IMG/VR virus record: IMGVR_UViG_3300002503_000002
Location: 4,956 to 68,955 of that record
DNA: 64,000 nt
Origin: a virus
Strand: one strand, 5' to 3'
A program made the translations under genes and the position numbers. Positions 1 through 10,324 of this stretch are shown here, piece by piece (the first letter of the stretch is position 1; every line of letters starts with the position of its first letter). Under the pieces are notes generated by a model that saw only the letters and a list, made by a program, of their open reading frames with translations, searched no databases and was not told the DNA's origin.

Positions 1-2322
1 TCTACGGTTAATTTGAATGCTGGGGGAGGATATATACGACTTGGTAATACTGCGTCTAATTATAAACAAGTGACATTTAAAATATGGGATGATTCTGATA
101 TTAATTTTGGAGTATCTAATTCAAATGGAATTATAATGGAGAGAATTACAACAGGGGCAGATAGTGCTGGTCATATTTTCATCATAGAACATTCGACCGT
201 GGAGGGCACTGTCTTATCATTGACAGACTATCCACTTGGAATAAAACTAGATAGTGGTGGCAGTGGGTACAGAAATTCTACGGTACAGTTTTATTATTCA
301 ATATTCCGAAATATGGGTGATTATTGGAATTCACAGAGATTCATGATTGATACTTTGATAACAAGTGGAGCTTATAGTGTTTATACAACAGATTCTTATG
401 TTAAACAATGTCAATTTTATGCTCCTGCTGCGCAAGGCAGCCCACCAGCAAGTACACATGGTCCGATGTTTCGTGGTGGCCCAGATTTATTATGTGAAAG
501 AAATTTATTTTCTGGCGGATTCATGAACATTGGTTTCACTCGAAAAGCAAGATATAATTACATAGCTGGTGGTTGCAGAAAGAATTATGACCCATATTCA
601 ACTCTTAGTCAGCCAGCCTTACATGAATATAACGTTATTAAATTTACATCGAGTCTAGAACTTGGTGGTTGTAAGGATATTGATTTCTTCAGTTCTTACA
701 CTGAATTTGCCAATAATATTTGTCTTACAACAGGTATAAATGCTCAGGAAGGCAATGCTATTAATACATATGTTCATCATAATTCATTCGTTGGTCAAGC
801 GCCGGGTATAACTAACAGTACAGGTTCTAGAATAGTAGACAATATATCGTGGAATTATACTGAATTGACTGGCGCTTTTAATGATAGAGGACAAGGTAGC
901 AATACAGTATCAAGGAATATTGTAAGGGGATGTGGTGCAAATGCTTTCAGACTTGAGCGACTCATAACAGATACGACTACTTATAACACTAATTCTGTTT
1001 ATGAAGATAATATTGTTTATTCTTTCAATCAAAGTGCATATCAATCTGTTTACAATATGGCTATGAGATTAAGACGTTTAAATACTGCTAATATAAATAG
1101 GAATGTATTAAGTCATGGTGGTGCTTCTTCATCTGGTAATGAATATGGTATTTATGGTTATGATATAAGAAACACTTTATTTAAACAGAATAAAATATAC
1201 GACACTGGTGTTGGAATACATCTAACATCCGAAATAAATGTAAGTTCGAATAATACTCTTGAAGATAATATATTCAGAAATATAAAAGGTACAACACATA
1301 TCAGTTTGACAAATTCGACTGGTACAATAATCAAGAATCAAGAATTGGTAAATGGTTTGAAAGTCAATGCAACGGCCTCTAATGCTCTTACGTTTTCTTG
1401 GACCAATTTAAAGCCATCTTCATCTTATACATTTTATCAGGATACAGTATCATCTATTGTTAACACAGATGTAACTGGTGCAGCAACAAAAATTATAACA
1501 CAACCAGCAACAATTGTAACATATAGATTAATGGGTCCTGATACACGTTATTTATATCTCATTGGTACTATACTAAGAAAAAGCAATGCTGTCAAAACAT
1601 ATACTATCAATACCCAAATACAAAATGCAGTAAACATACAAAAATTATACACGATTAATGTCATTTTACAAATACCTCCTGCTTTATCAAAAGCATATTT
1701 TGTTGACTCTTTACTCAAAAAACATAATTTTACCAAATCATATATTCTTGATATTTTTACTGGTGTCTTCGAACAAACTCGTAGAAGTTCTCGTATAGGA
1801 GAATTTAGATTAAATGTTACTCGTCTTGGTGAGTATGTTCCATCTGGAAGTCTCATATCCAAAATCAAAACATATTTATCTGATGTATGGGTTCTAAAAA
1901 CATTAATAGAAACATATATTCTGGATTCATTTATTAAAAAATTGAATACTCAGAAAACATATGTCATAAATATGCGCTTATTAAAAATACAACTTAAAAC
2001 ATATATTACTGATATCATAATACGCAATAGAAATACAGTTAAAACATATAATCTAAGCGTGCGATTATTGAATCCCGGACAGGTACTAAAGAGTTATCAA
2101 GTTAATACTCATATTGGGCGAATACCATTTACAAAAGCATATACTATAGATACCATGTTATTATGCAGGTCTTTACCGAGTGCTACATTCGATAACCCCC
2201 CCGGTTTTGATGTTTCTTCTTTCGATAATTCTTTAATTAAATGCTTTAAATCTTATACAATAGATTTATTTTTAATTAAAAAACATTTGAGAGGTAAAAG
2301 AACAAAAATAATAAGACCGTAG
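1..2322 (+). CDS. Beta-helix (pectin-lyase-like) virion fibre/decoration protein with C-terminal ~15-aa repeats; 5' end probably outside the window
   Basis: The frame is open from base 1. N/I-rich PbH1-like stacks (NNICL, HHNSF, DNIS, RNIV, DNIV, RNVL, QNKI, DNIF) are followed by about 12 K[TSA]YxxD/N repeats. Confidence 0.65.
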   Translation, partial: STVNLNAGGGYIRLGNTASNYKQVTFKIWDDSDINFGVSNSNGIIMERITTGADSAGHIFIIEHSTVEGTVLSLTDYPLGIKLDSGGSGYRNSTVQFYYSIFRNMGDYWNSQRFMIDTLITSGAYSVYTTDSYVKQCQFYAPAAQGSPPASTHGPMFRGGPDLLCERNLFSGGFMNIGFTRKARYNYIAGGCRKNYDPYSTLSQPALHEYNVIKFTSSLELGGCKDIDFFSSYTEFANNICLTTGINAQEGNAINTYVHHNSFVGQAPGITNSTGSRIVDNISWNYTELTGAFNDRGQGSNTVSRNIVRGCGANAFRLERLITDTTTYNTNSVYEDNIVYSFNQSAYQSVYNMAMRLRRLNTANINRNVLSHGGASSSGNEYGIYGYDIRNTLFKQNKIYDTGVGIHLTSEINVSSNNTLEDNIFRNIKGTTHISLTNSTGTIIKNQELVNGLKVNATASNALTFSWTNLKPSSSYTFYQDTVSSIVNTDVTGAATKIITQPATIVTYRLMGPDTRYLYLIGTILRKSNAVKTYTINTQIQNAVNIQKLYTINVILQIPPALSKAYFVDSLLKKHNFTKSYILDIFTGVFEQTRRSSRIGEFRLNVTRLGEYVPSGSLISKIKTYLSDVWVLKTLIETYILDSFIKKLNTQKTYVINMRLLKIQLKTYITDIIIRNRNTVKTYNLSVRLLNPGQVLKSYQVNTHIGRIPFTKAYTIDTMLLCRSLPSATFDNPPGFDVSSFDNSLIKCFKSYTIDLFLIKKHLRGKRTKIIRP

Positions 2323-2336
2323 AATAAAAAGACCAA

Positions 2337-2360
2337 ATAGTTATATGTATAGTTATATGT
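2337..2360 (+). repeat. Perfect 12-bp tandem duplication (ATAGTTATATGT x2) in an AT-rich intergenic region, likely a promoter
   Basis: Read directly from the sequence. Confidence 0.85.
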
Positions 2361-2400
2361 ATTATCGTATATAATCATATATGTGTCATGTGGTATATAA

Positions 2401-4284
2401 ATGACAATTTTAAATAACCAAACTAGAGATGCTCCTGTTCCATCGACTGACTGGAATCAGATATTAAAAAATATTCAAGGTGCTATTAGTGGAACTAACT
2501 CGAATATAAATGGAGCTTTGCTGGATGATGGTAAAAAAATAGTTGGTATCCGCATTGCTACGGAATTCGACACGACGAAACATGCGGGGACAGATGCTGA
2601 TCCATGGAGCCGGAACGCCATTACCAATTCTATTATGGATTTGGGCGGCGCGGAGGGAACGATTCTTATCTCCGGTGGAGTTCATAGTATTGATTTGAGT
2701 TTGGTTGTGCCATCGAATGTCCAACTTATCATTTCTAAAGATTCGAGACTACGAATCGCCACTGGTGTTACTTTTACAATCAACGGTACTTTGGATGCTT
2801 CATTAAACAAGATATTCGATTTGGTGGGGACAGGGGTAGTAACGTTCGGGACAGTCATCAAGGAATTCTATCCAGAGTGGTGGGGTGCGAAGGGCGATGA
2901 CGTAACTGATGATGCTTCTGCAATTAACCAAATGGCATTGGCCGCTGCCGGAAAAGTATGGCATTTCACATGGGTCTATAGGATTGGTTCGACTATCGTG
3001 ATATCGGGAACCAATACAAGGCTTGTTGGTTCCTCATGGGCAAGTGAGATTAAAGCCATGGATAGTTGGACAACACCAAACCAACCTATGTTTTCTGTCA
3101 CTGCCACAGGGGTATCTTTCTTTAATCTAAAGCTGAACGGAAATCGTACTGGGCGCGGACCTGTAACATCGGCCCATATAGTAAGATGCAACACTGATAA
3201 TCTTTCAATTACCAGTTGTTGGATAACGAATGATGCATGGGAAGCCATTCGGTCCATAACAGGAGGAACGCACAACCATTGGCTAATTGCTGATAACTTC
3301 ATGGATCAAGGATATGGAGGTTATGTAATCATTGCTGGTGGAACTAGATGTATTGTCTCACGTAATATCATGCTAACGAGTACATCAGACCCTCAAATCA
3401 ACTTTGGTAAGCTAAATGCCCCAGTGGAGAATATCGTTGAAGGCAATGTTGTAGTAGGATCGCAGGACGTTGGAATTTCCTTCAACGTGGCGGGTTCAGC
3501 TAGGAATCTCATTCGAGGGAATGTTATCATAGATTGTGTCAACGGACCCATTAATGCTTCCTCTAGCACCAATGATATCATCGAAGGAAACCTAACCAAA
3601 GGCGCGAACGCATCCATAGTTTCAGGAACAAAAACAATTGTGCGGGGCAATAAAATTATTTTCATAAATCCAACTGGAACCGGGGATGGTATCTATACAT
3701 CGACAGATAATCTTATCGAAGGAAATACCATAGAGAATTCTCCGGGGAATGGTATTTCAGCCAATGCTGTACAGAGAGTTTCTATCCTTAACAACCATGT
3801 TCGTGGATCGGGGCAAAATGCCATCCGTAGAGAGATAAACATAAGAAATGGCTCTACTGATATCCTAGTTTTAGGGAATGTCTTGGGTGGCGGTGGGCCA
3901 AGTCTCGATTGGGGTATTCTTATTGAACATACTGGAACAGATAGAATTCGTGTTATCGGAAATGTCGTACAGGGGTACACCAATGCCATTCTCAAGACCT
4001 CAGCAACTGGGAATGATATACTTATCGCAGATAATCCGGGTTATAATCCAATTGGTGTCACATCTATAACAGTCACTGCTTCTCCATTCACCTATATAAA
4101 TACTGATGGTCTTAGGGAACTTGTAAGTATTGATGGGGGTACAGTCACTACAGTTACAAAGAATGGAATAACGCTCTACAATTTTGGAGCCACTGCTGCC
4201 CGATGTGCTGTGTGGCTAGAACCGGGAGAAGCATTGATAGTGACTTACACGGTCGCACCGACGATGAACAAAGATAAGAAATGA
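2401..4284 (+). CDS. Tailspike-like right-handed beta-helix protein (Pectate_lyase_3 / glycan-binding or depolymerase)
   Basis: PEWWGAKGDDVTDDASAIN motif followed by many xIxGNxI beta-helix rungs. Confidence 0.8.
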   Translation: MTILNNQTRDAPVPSTDWNQILKNIQGAISGTNSNINGALLDDGKKIVGIRIATEFDTTKHAGTDADPWSRNAITNSIMDLGGAEGTILISGGVHSIDLSLVVPSNVQLIISKDSRLRIATGVTFTINGTLDASLNKIFDLVGTGVVTFGTVIKEFYPEWWGAKGDDVTDDASAINQMALAAAGKVWHFTWVYRIGSTIVISGTNTRLVGSSWASEIKAMDSWTTPNQPMFSVTATGVSFFNLKLNGNRTGRGPVTSAHIVRCNTDNLSITSCWITNDAWEAIRSITGGTHNHWLIADNFMDQGYGGYVIIAGGTRCIVSRNIMLTSTSDPQINFGKLNAPVENIVEGNVVVGSQDVGISFNVAGSARNLIRGNVIIDCVNGPINASSSTNDIIEGNLTKGANASIVSGTKTIVRGNKIIFINPTGTGDGIYTSTDNLIEGNTIENSPGNGISANAVQRVSILNNHVRGSGQNAIRREINIRNGSTDILVLGNVLGGGGPSLDWGILIEHTGTDRIRVIGNVVQGYTNAILKTSATGNDILIADNPGYNPIGVTSITVTASPFTYINTDGLRELVSIDGGTVTTVTKNGITLYNFGATAARCAVWLEPGEALIVTYTVAPTMNKDKK

Positions 4285-4386
4285 TGATTAAAATTAGAAT
4301 TATTTTATAAAAATATTGTTTAAGAAGAGAATACGTGGGAAAAGAATTAAAATAACAAGGTTTTAATATATATAAGGATTGATAGT

Positions 4387-4710
4387 ATGGGAGATTTAAT
4401 AGTCATTTATAAAGGCGATGAGGAATTCGAGCGTGAGTTTGAATTGAAAAACGCAGATGGCAGTCCCTATGACCTTACTTCTCATATTGCTAGATTTAAG
4501 ATGGTTTCAGATTATGGTTCTACATCAACTATCGACCAACCTGCAGAAATTGTAACGCCAGAAACAGATGGAAAAGTAAGATATAAATTTTCATCGACTG
4601 ATACTAGTACCGTAGGACGTTATTATGCTGAAGTTGAAACAGAAGAAATTACAACTGGAAAAATATTAACATGGAAAATCGCAGCAGTAGAAATCAGACC
4701 AACTGTGTGA
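4387..4710 (+). CDS. BppU N-terminal-like domain protein (fibre anchor)
   Basis: KGD..F.LKNADGSPYDLT...GKVRYKF...DT...GRYYAEVE pattern. Confidence 0.7.
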   Translation: MGDLIVIYKGDEEFEREFELKNADGSPYDLTSHIARFKMVSDYGSTSTIDQPAEIVTPETDGKVRYKFSSTDTSTVGRYYAEVETEEITTGKILTWKIAAVEIRPTV

Positions 4711-4719
4711 GGTATATAA

Positions 4720-5136
4720 ATGACAGTATTCTATGGAAATTTATCTGGTATAAAAGACCGATTGGGAACGATGGCAATAAATACTGATACATTAGATATA
4801 GACCTTAACAAGAAATTAGAAGATGCTTCTGACCTTGTTGTATTAAAATTAGAAGAATATCCAACTGTATTTCCTTCACCCACTACATTAACAGGTGGTG
4901 ATAAAGTACGTTTAGATCGTATTACCGCAGATTTGTCATGTGCCCTTTATATTGAAGACCGTTCCCAGAGAGTAAGACAGAATGTATCACCAGATATGGA
5001 ACGTTGGTCCACCGTATTCAGGCGCAGGGCAACGATGGAATTAGAACAATTCATAAGAGTCAAAATAAAAGCTGCCGATTTAGGAGATTTTCCAGATATA
5101 GTAAGGATGCAGGGCCTGAAGTTGGGAGAAAGATAG
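4720..5136 (+). CDS. Head-tail adaptor (gp6/gp15/gp36-like)
   Basis: Helical 138-aa protein starting Y-G-x-L..IK.RL; located before the neck and tail genes. Confidence 0.55.
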   Translation: MTVFYGNLSGIKDRLGTMAINTDTLDIDLNKKLEDASDLVVLKLEEYPTVFPSPTTLTGGDKVRLDRITADLSCALYIEDRSQRVRQNVSPDMERWSTVFRRRATMELEQFIRVKIKAADLGDFPDIVRMQGLKLGER

Positions 5137-5772
5137 ATGGTCATTGTTATAGAGATGCATATACAGGATGAAATAACTCCAAAATTACAGCGTATTATTC
5201 GTAGGCTTCCTATGCATGTGATGGTCATCAAACAACACGCTACCAACATCATCACAGACGAATTGAAGAATACATTGAATCAAATGAGGGGAAAAAAGGG
5301 GTCTCAGGGGTTTAAATCAGTGAATCGTCTATTACGTGGAATAACTGTAGAATCTAAATCTGCAAATGAGAGTAATATCTATATCCAAGCCTCTGGTGCG
5401 ATTGGCACAATAGGGTCAGAGAAAGTAGTCGGTGTCCTGAATCGTGGTACAATACGACCTCATCCTATATTCCCAAGACGAGTTTCAGGATATAAAACAA
5501 CCACTGCGTTCATGCCAAGGGGTGCAAGAGCAGGCCCTAAAGGTAGACCACCTTATGTTTTGACATTAAAAAAGGATCGTTCAGAATCCGGTGCTGTGCC
5601 CAATATTGACCCGAGAGATTCAGCAGGTTGGCCTTATGTCGTCTTTGCTCGTTTCGTATTACGACATAAAGTTGCTGGACGATTTTTCTTCCAAAAGGCA
5701 ATCAAAAAAGCTTCACCGAAAGTAAAAAGACAAACTGGTCATTTATTAAGAACCTTAATTAAACTAACTTAG
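5137..5772 (+). CDS. Neck/tail-completion protein (HK97 gp10-like)
   Basis: Basic protein with LNRGT.RPHPIFP...VFARFV.RH...GRFFFQKA; synteny. Confidence 0.65.
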   Translation: MVIVIEMHIQDEITPKLQRIIRRLPMHVMVIKQHATNIITDELKNTLNQMRGKKGSQGFKSVNRLLRGITVESKSANESNIYIQASGAIGTIGSEKVVGVLNRGTIRPHPIFPRRVSGYKTTTAFMPRGARAGPKGRPPYVLTLKKDRSESGAVPNIDPRDSAGWPYVVFARFVLRHKVAGRFFFQKAIKKASPKVKRQTGHLLRTLIKLT

Positions 5773-5782
5773 GAGAAATAAA

Positions 5783-6286
5783 ATGCCAATACCAACACTA
5801 CCATTACGAGAACATTATGGTGAATGGTGGAATTATATTGGTTATGTATTGGTAGAACGTTTAAGGGATTCCAAATTAAAATATTTAAATTCTGTTCAAG
5901 ATTCCCAAATAATATATGGTTTTACCGAAGAACCATTGAATTATCCAAATATCTATGTAATACCTATAAGTGAAGGTGGTTCTACACCAACAACTTCCGG
6001 CGATACAATAATGGCTTCTTTTGTATATTGGGTGTTAATTGAGGATCGTTCAGAGAACTTAATAAAAACAGATGATAATATTAGATTGATAGTAGGAGAT
6101 ATATTAGCGGAAATATTACAAGACAGGAATTTAATGTATAATGACATAAGAACAGCATTGGATACATTTATAACTACTATAGACGCTGATTATTTACCCT
6201 CCGAGGAGGATGTTAGTATTATGCGTTATCATCGAATTATATTAACAGTTACAAGGAAATTGGACTTATCTACTGTGACGGAGTAA
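5783..6286 (+). CDS. Tail terminator protein
   Basis: Acidic 167-aa protein with YPNIYV motif, just upstream of the tail tube gene. Confidence 0.55.
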   Translation: MPIPTLPLREHYGEWWNYIGYVLVERLRDSKLKYLNSVQDSQIIYGFTEEPLNYPNIYVIPISEGGSTPTTSGDTIMASFVYWVLIEDRSENLIKTDDNIRLIVGDILAEILQDRNLMYNDIRTALDTFITTIDADYLPSEEDVSIMRYHRIILTVTRKLDLSTVTE

Positions 6287-6346
6287 ATATAGAGAATAGA
6301 AACACATAATATATAAATAAGAATAGACATATTTAAAGGAGATAGC

Positions 6347-6523
6347 ATGAAAGTACGATATCTAGGTACTAGCCAAGGATATAATGAAATTCTTGGACTA
6401 GTAGAACCGGGTCAGATATACGAAGTCCCAAAGGATAGTGAAGCAAGATTTAGATATTTGGGTGATTATGATGTTATTAGTGATAAAAAGGAGAAGAAAT
6501 TAAAGATTGATGAAGGTGAATAA
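6347..6523 (+). CDS. Small 58-aa protein (MKVRYLG...) missing from the ORF track
   Basis: AAGGAG SD precedes the ATG; the ORF fills the gap and its stop lies 2 nt before the tail tube ATG. Confidence 0.75.
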   Translation: MKVRYLGTSQGYNEILGLVEPGQIYEVPKDSEARFRYLGDYDVISDKKEKKLKIDEGE

Positions 6524-6525
6524 AA

Positions 6526-7551
6526 ATGAGTAATGATTATGTCTCCTATGTAAAAGAAGCAACATTCGGTCTGAAGCCAACACTGTCTAATGTGGAATCT
6601 GCTAGTGTATTATCAGAAGCTCTTAGACCTAGCCGTGCATTCGAAACGGATATGGGTACGTTCTATCCAAATGTTCGTGACCCTGTTTCCGGTCGTTTTA
6701 GCACAAGTGGGTCTATTCGATGGCAATTAGGTCCTGAAAATGGTATTGGGAAAGCCCTACAATCTATGTTAGGCCCAGATGTTTCTGTTGATGTAGGAGC
6801 CGGAGGGGGTGGAATAAGTCATACATGGTCAGATAATCCTACTGGTGGAATCCCTTCCTCTCTTTCTACCATGTCAATACTCACAACACGAGCTTATCAG
6901 TTAGCACAGTGGGATTATCTTGGACAAGCTTGTTCACGTATAAGATTGGAAGCAGTGCCAAATCAAACGGTACGCGCAGAAGCTGAATGGATGGGAGATT
7001 TTGAGACTATCAATGCTTCGCCAGATGCTCCTACAATTCCCACACAGCAACCATTCGCAGCACATGAAACAGATTGGAAGATTGGTGCATCTCCGACATC
7101 TGAGCCGCGCGTGGAAGGATGGTCAGTAGAAGTTTCTAGAGAAGTAGAAATTCCTCCATCTATCAGTGCAATTCGTAGTGGTGGGACTGGTTCTGTTCGA
7201 CGGGTCTATGGTGGGGGGGTCACAGTCACGGGTCGTGCTGATATTGATTTCGATACCCTATTATATTATAAGAGATTTTATGGTGGGGACTCGGATGTAA
7301 CACCCGCAGACCGAGTAACAGCAAGAAATGTGCAGATTGATATTGTTTCACCAGACCTTACAGAAGCTGGCCAAAACTATCAATTGCTTGTGAAACTCCC
7401 CAAGATTGTGTTCGAAAATGTAGAAGCGAATCAGTCTGGACGAGATAGAATTGTTGGTGGTTTCCCATTCAAGGCATATTTCGATACAACGGCAGGATAT
7501 AGTGTTCAATTCGTGTTGATAAATACTCGTTCACTGACATTCTATCAATAG
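6526..7551 (+). CDS. Major tail tube protein
   Basis: KEATFG start, HTWS, YLGQACSRIRL and ANQSGRDRI pattern of Phage_tube_2-like proteins; synteny. Confidence 0.8.
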   Translation: MSNDYVSYVKEATFGLKPTLSNVESASVLSEALRPSRAFETDMGTFYPNVRDPVSGRFSTSGSIRWQLGPENGIGKALQSMLGPDVSVDVGAGGGGISHTWSDNPTGGIPSSLSTMSILTTRAYQLAQWDYLGQACSRIRLEAVPNQTVRAEAEWMGDFETINASPDAPTIPTQQPFAAHETDWKIGASPTSEPRVEGWSVEVSREVEIPPSISAIRSGGTGSVRRVYGGGVTVTGRADIDFDTLLYYKRFYGGDSDVTPADRVTARNVQIDIVSPDLTEAGQNYQLLVKLPKIVFENVEANQSGRDRIVGGFPFKAYFDTTAGYSVQFVLINTRSLTFYQ

Positions 7552-7628
7552 ATTATATATTTGAAACAAAGACAAAACTTCTTATATTTTATTTAATATA
7601 ATCAATGTAATCTATAGAGGTATTTTGT

Positions 7629-8024
7629 ATGACAGAGACACAGATAACAACCGTGCAAAAATATAAGGAAAACTTGTATGAGACAGTGGAACTACCATCC
7701 GGCGCAGTTTTCAAGATGAAACGGAGACTAGGTTATGGAGATTATCTGGAACTTTTGAATGTATTAGGTGCTGTCTTGAATAAAGAACCATCAACTGAAT
7801 TATTTGAAGAAGCATCAAAGAATTCCAAAGCGTTGGCAGAAATGATAGCATATATCGTTCCCAAGGTATGCATAGAACCCAAGATATCCTTGATGGAACA
7901 AAAGGATACAATATTGTTATCTGATTTATCCTTGGATGATATGTTATTCATACAGAACAGAGCCCTACGCTTAGATGAGAGGGGGGAGGTAAACAAAGTG
8001 ATGGAATCCTTTCGAAAAGAATAA
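7629..8024 (+). CDS. Tail assembly chaperone (gpG-like)
   Basis: Lies between tube and tape measure genes; VELPSG motif; ends ESFRKE. Confidence 0.75.
   Translation: MTETQITTVQKYKENLYETVELPSGAVFKMKRRLGYGDYLELLNVLGAVLNKEPSTELFEEASKNSKALAEMIAYIVPKVCIEPKISLMEQKDTILLSDLSLDDMLFIQNRALRLDERGEVNKVMESFRKE
8007..8015 (+). other. Putative +1 programmed ribosomal frameshift site TCC-TTT-CGA
   Basis: A +1 shift gives TTC GAA AAG AAT AAT CAG TTG, in frame with ORF 8029-8316. Confidence 0.75.
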
Positions 8025-8028
8025 TCAG

Positions 8029-8316
8029 TTGATACGTGGTGTAGTATATGTCGCTCATGTCTATGGTGAGCGACCTTCTAAGATATTGGGTGAATTAATG
8101 GAAACAGAATTTACTCCCGAAGAATCTATATTAATAGACTATGAATCACTTAAATATATAAGTGAATTGAATTCTGGTTCTTCTTTGGATGAAGATAGCA
8201 TGGGGCAGAGACAGTATCTGGAACAAAAATGGAAATATGAGGATATGAAAACAAAGAGAGAAATGGAACGACGTAAGAAAGAATATGAAAATATATTGAA
8301 TAAGAGAGGAAAATAG
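8029..8316 (+). CDS. Tail assembly chaperone C-terminal extension (gpT-like), probably made as a G-T fusion
   Basis: +1 frame relative to the upstream gene, TTG start without SD, ends 1 nt before the tape measure ATG. Confidence 0.7.
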   Translation: MIRGVVYVAHVYGERPSKILGELMETEFTPEESILIDYESLKYISELNSGSSLDEDSMGQRQYLEQKWKYEDMKTKREMERRKKEYENILNKRGK

Positions 8317-8317
8317 A

Positions 8318-10324
8318 ATGGCAACATCTGGTCCTCTTGGCGACCAAATTCAAATGATATTGAATTTGTGGGTCAAAACTACGGATGAACACAAACTCAA
8401 GGAACTATCACGTAGTTTAAATCAACTATCAAAAGCAGAGGACAATATAACTAAAACAACTTCCAGAATGTCCATTGCGACAAACATTGCACGTATCAAT
8501 CAGCGTGACTTTGGTTCTACACTGTTGATTCAGGGTATTCAAGCCCGGAGAGCAAGGGAAGAATTGGAACAGGGGTTCTTTACTTTTGAAAAGTTGACAC
8601 AGCAAGTTACCGTTTTAGACGAAGAAATGAGAGGTTTGAGAGGTACAGTTGCAAGGACGGCCAACCAGATAGCACAGGATTTTGGTCTAGTACGTGAAGA
8701 AGCTGCCCAAGCACTCGTTAATGTCACAGCCTTGGGTATTGAATTTGAGGATGCCACGAGGATTGTCCGTATTGCAGCCCAAGGTGCCGCTGCGGGTATG
8801 GGTTCGATAGACAATGCAGCTACATTATTGATTACCACGAATAGACAATTCGGGCTATCTATAGAGGATTCCGCCTCCACGATGGCCAAATTAGTTGCCG
8901 TATCCAACGAAACATCATTCAATATTGACGACATGAAACAAGCTCTATCCACGGCTGGACCCGCTGCGGCGACATTAGGATTTAGTCTGGAAGAAACAGC
9001 TTCCGCCATGGCTATCATGCGAGATGCTGGTCTAGATGCATCAGAAGCAGGTACGGCAATGCGTAATTTCCTTATTCGTATCCAAGACCCGACATCTGAA
9101 GCAGGGAAATTGTTAGAAGAATTAGGAATAGAGACAACGGATTCAGGAGGCAATTTCCTAGATTTGCTTACAATATTGGATAATGTTGGAAAGGGGATGG
9201 AAGATTTAACAGAGGCAGAACGATTACAAACCCAAGCAACCATCTTTGAAATCCGTGGCCAGCAATTATTGAACATTGAGCGTATGCGTGGGCGTGGTCA
9301 ATTAACTGATTTGATTAATGAAGTACAAAAATATAATGATGAACAAGTGGCCGAACATTTCCTATCTGATAAATCGTCTCAAATGACATCGACATTGGGC
9401 GCTCAATTTAATAGGATGAAAGCGAGATTGGCAGAAGTCAATGATGCATATGCCCAAGCATTAATTCCTACAGAAATCTTTTTTATTGATGTACAAGCCA
9501 GACTAAAAAATACATTCGTTGCATTGCCGGGGCCGATGAGGGATATTGTCGGTGGGTTGATTGTATTAGGTAGTGAATTTGGTGTTGCAGCAGGACAGAC
9601 AGCATTGTTATTGGTTAACTTATCTGTATTATGGGAGAAAATGGGTCCAAGGATAATCAAGACATTATCATCGTTGGGAATAAATGTAACTGGTTTAGGA
9701 GCTAAAATTGATGCATTAAAACTCAAATGGAATACAGCGATGTCTGGTATGGAATTCAATACCCAGAAATTCAGACGTTCATTGGCTGCTGTGGGATTGG
9801 CAGCAGCCGCCGCAGTAACAGGAATGCTAGCAATGCAAGAACAAGAACCGGGAATGCGGGCCTTTTTATCAGCATTGACTGGTTTGGAAGCTGCGTTGGC
9901 CGTAACGATGATGATAAGTGCAGTTGCTAAATCTATTTCTGCCCATGCGTTGATTCCTATTGTTGGAGTTGGTATTGGTGTAGCATTGGGGACTTATGCA
10001 TTAGCGCAATTTGCTGCTGCCAAGAGAACAGCAGAAGGAGTAGTAAATTCACAATATGGTGGTCTTTTCCCTGCAAGGCCAGGGAGTGGTACATTAGCCC
10101 GTGTTGGTGAAGGTGCAGGACCTGAGATTGTATCTCCTATACCAACCATGCGAGAGACTTTCAGAGAGGTAATAAGAGAAACAGGTGGTTCTGTGACCAT
10201 AAATCCAACTATCCATGTGGCCCCATTCACATCAATAAACAGAAATGCTTTGGATGTTCTGATAAAATCTATGACAAAGGAAACAATAAATGAATTACGA
10301 CGAAGGGGAGTGACCATGAGATGA
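8318..10324 (+). CDS. Tape measure protein (TP901-type core)
   Basis: GLDASEAGTAMRNFLIRI...LEELGI core, Ala-rich helices, C-terminal VGEGAGPEIV motif. Confidence 0.92.
   Translation: MATSGPLGDQIQMILNLWVKTTDEHKLKELSRSLNQLSKAEDNITKTTSRMSIATNIARINQRDFGSTLLIQGIQARRAREELEQGFFTFEKLTQQVTVLDEEMRGLRGTVARTANQIAQDFGLVREEAAQALVNVTALGIEFEDATRIVRIAAQGAAAGMGSIDNAATLLITTNRQFGLSIEDSASTMAKLVAVSNETSFNIDDMKQALSTAGPAAATLGFSLEETASAMAIMRDAGLDASEAGTAMRNFLIRIQDPTSEAGKLLEELGIETTDSGGNFLDLLTILDNVGKGMEDLTEAERLQTQATIFEIRGQQLLNIERMRGRGQLTDLINEVQKYNDEQVAEHFLSDKSSQMTSTLGAQFNRMKARLAEVNDAYAQALIPTEIFFIDVQARLKNTFVALPGPMRDIVGGLIVLGSEFGVAAGQTALLLVNLSVLWEKMGPRIIKTLSSLGINVTGLGAKIDALKLKWNTAMSGMEFNTQKFRRSLAAVGLAAAAAVTGMLAMQEQEPGMRAFLSALTGLEAALAVTMMISAVAKSISAHALIPIVGVGIGVALGTYALAQFAAAKRTAEGVVNSQYGGLFPARPGSGTLARVGEGAGPEIVSPIPTMRETFREVIRETGGSVTINPTIHVAPFTSINRNALDVLIKSMTKETINELRRRGVTMR

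Noticed and set aside
7980-8024. Canonical -1 slippery site for the tail chaperones (GGGGGGA run)
   Set aside because: The downstream ORF is in the +1 frame, which TTT-CGA explains directly.
8539-9276. Long opposite-strand ORFs (also 13146-13682, 38553-39011, 44573-45142 and others)
   Set aside because: They are antisense shadows of confident genes, with no SD or recognisable motifs.
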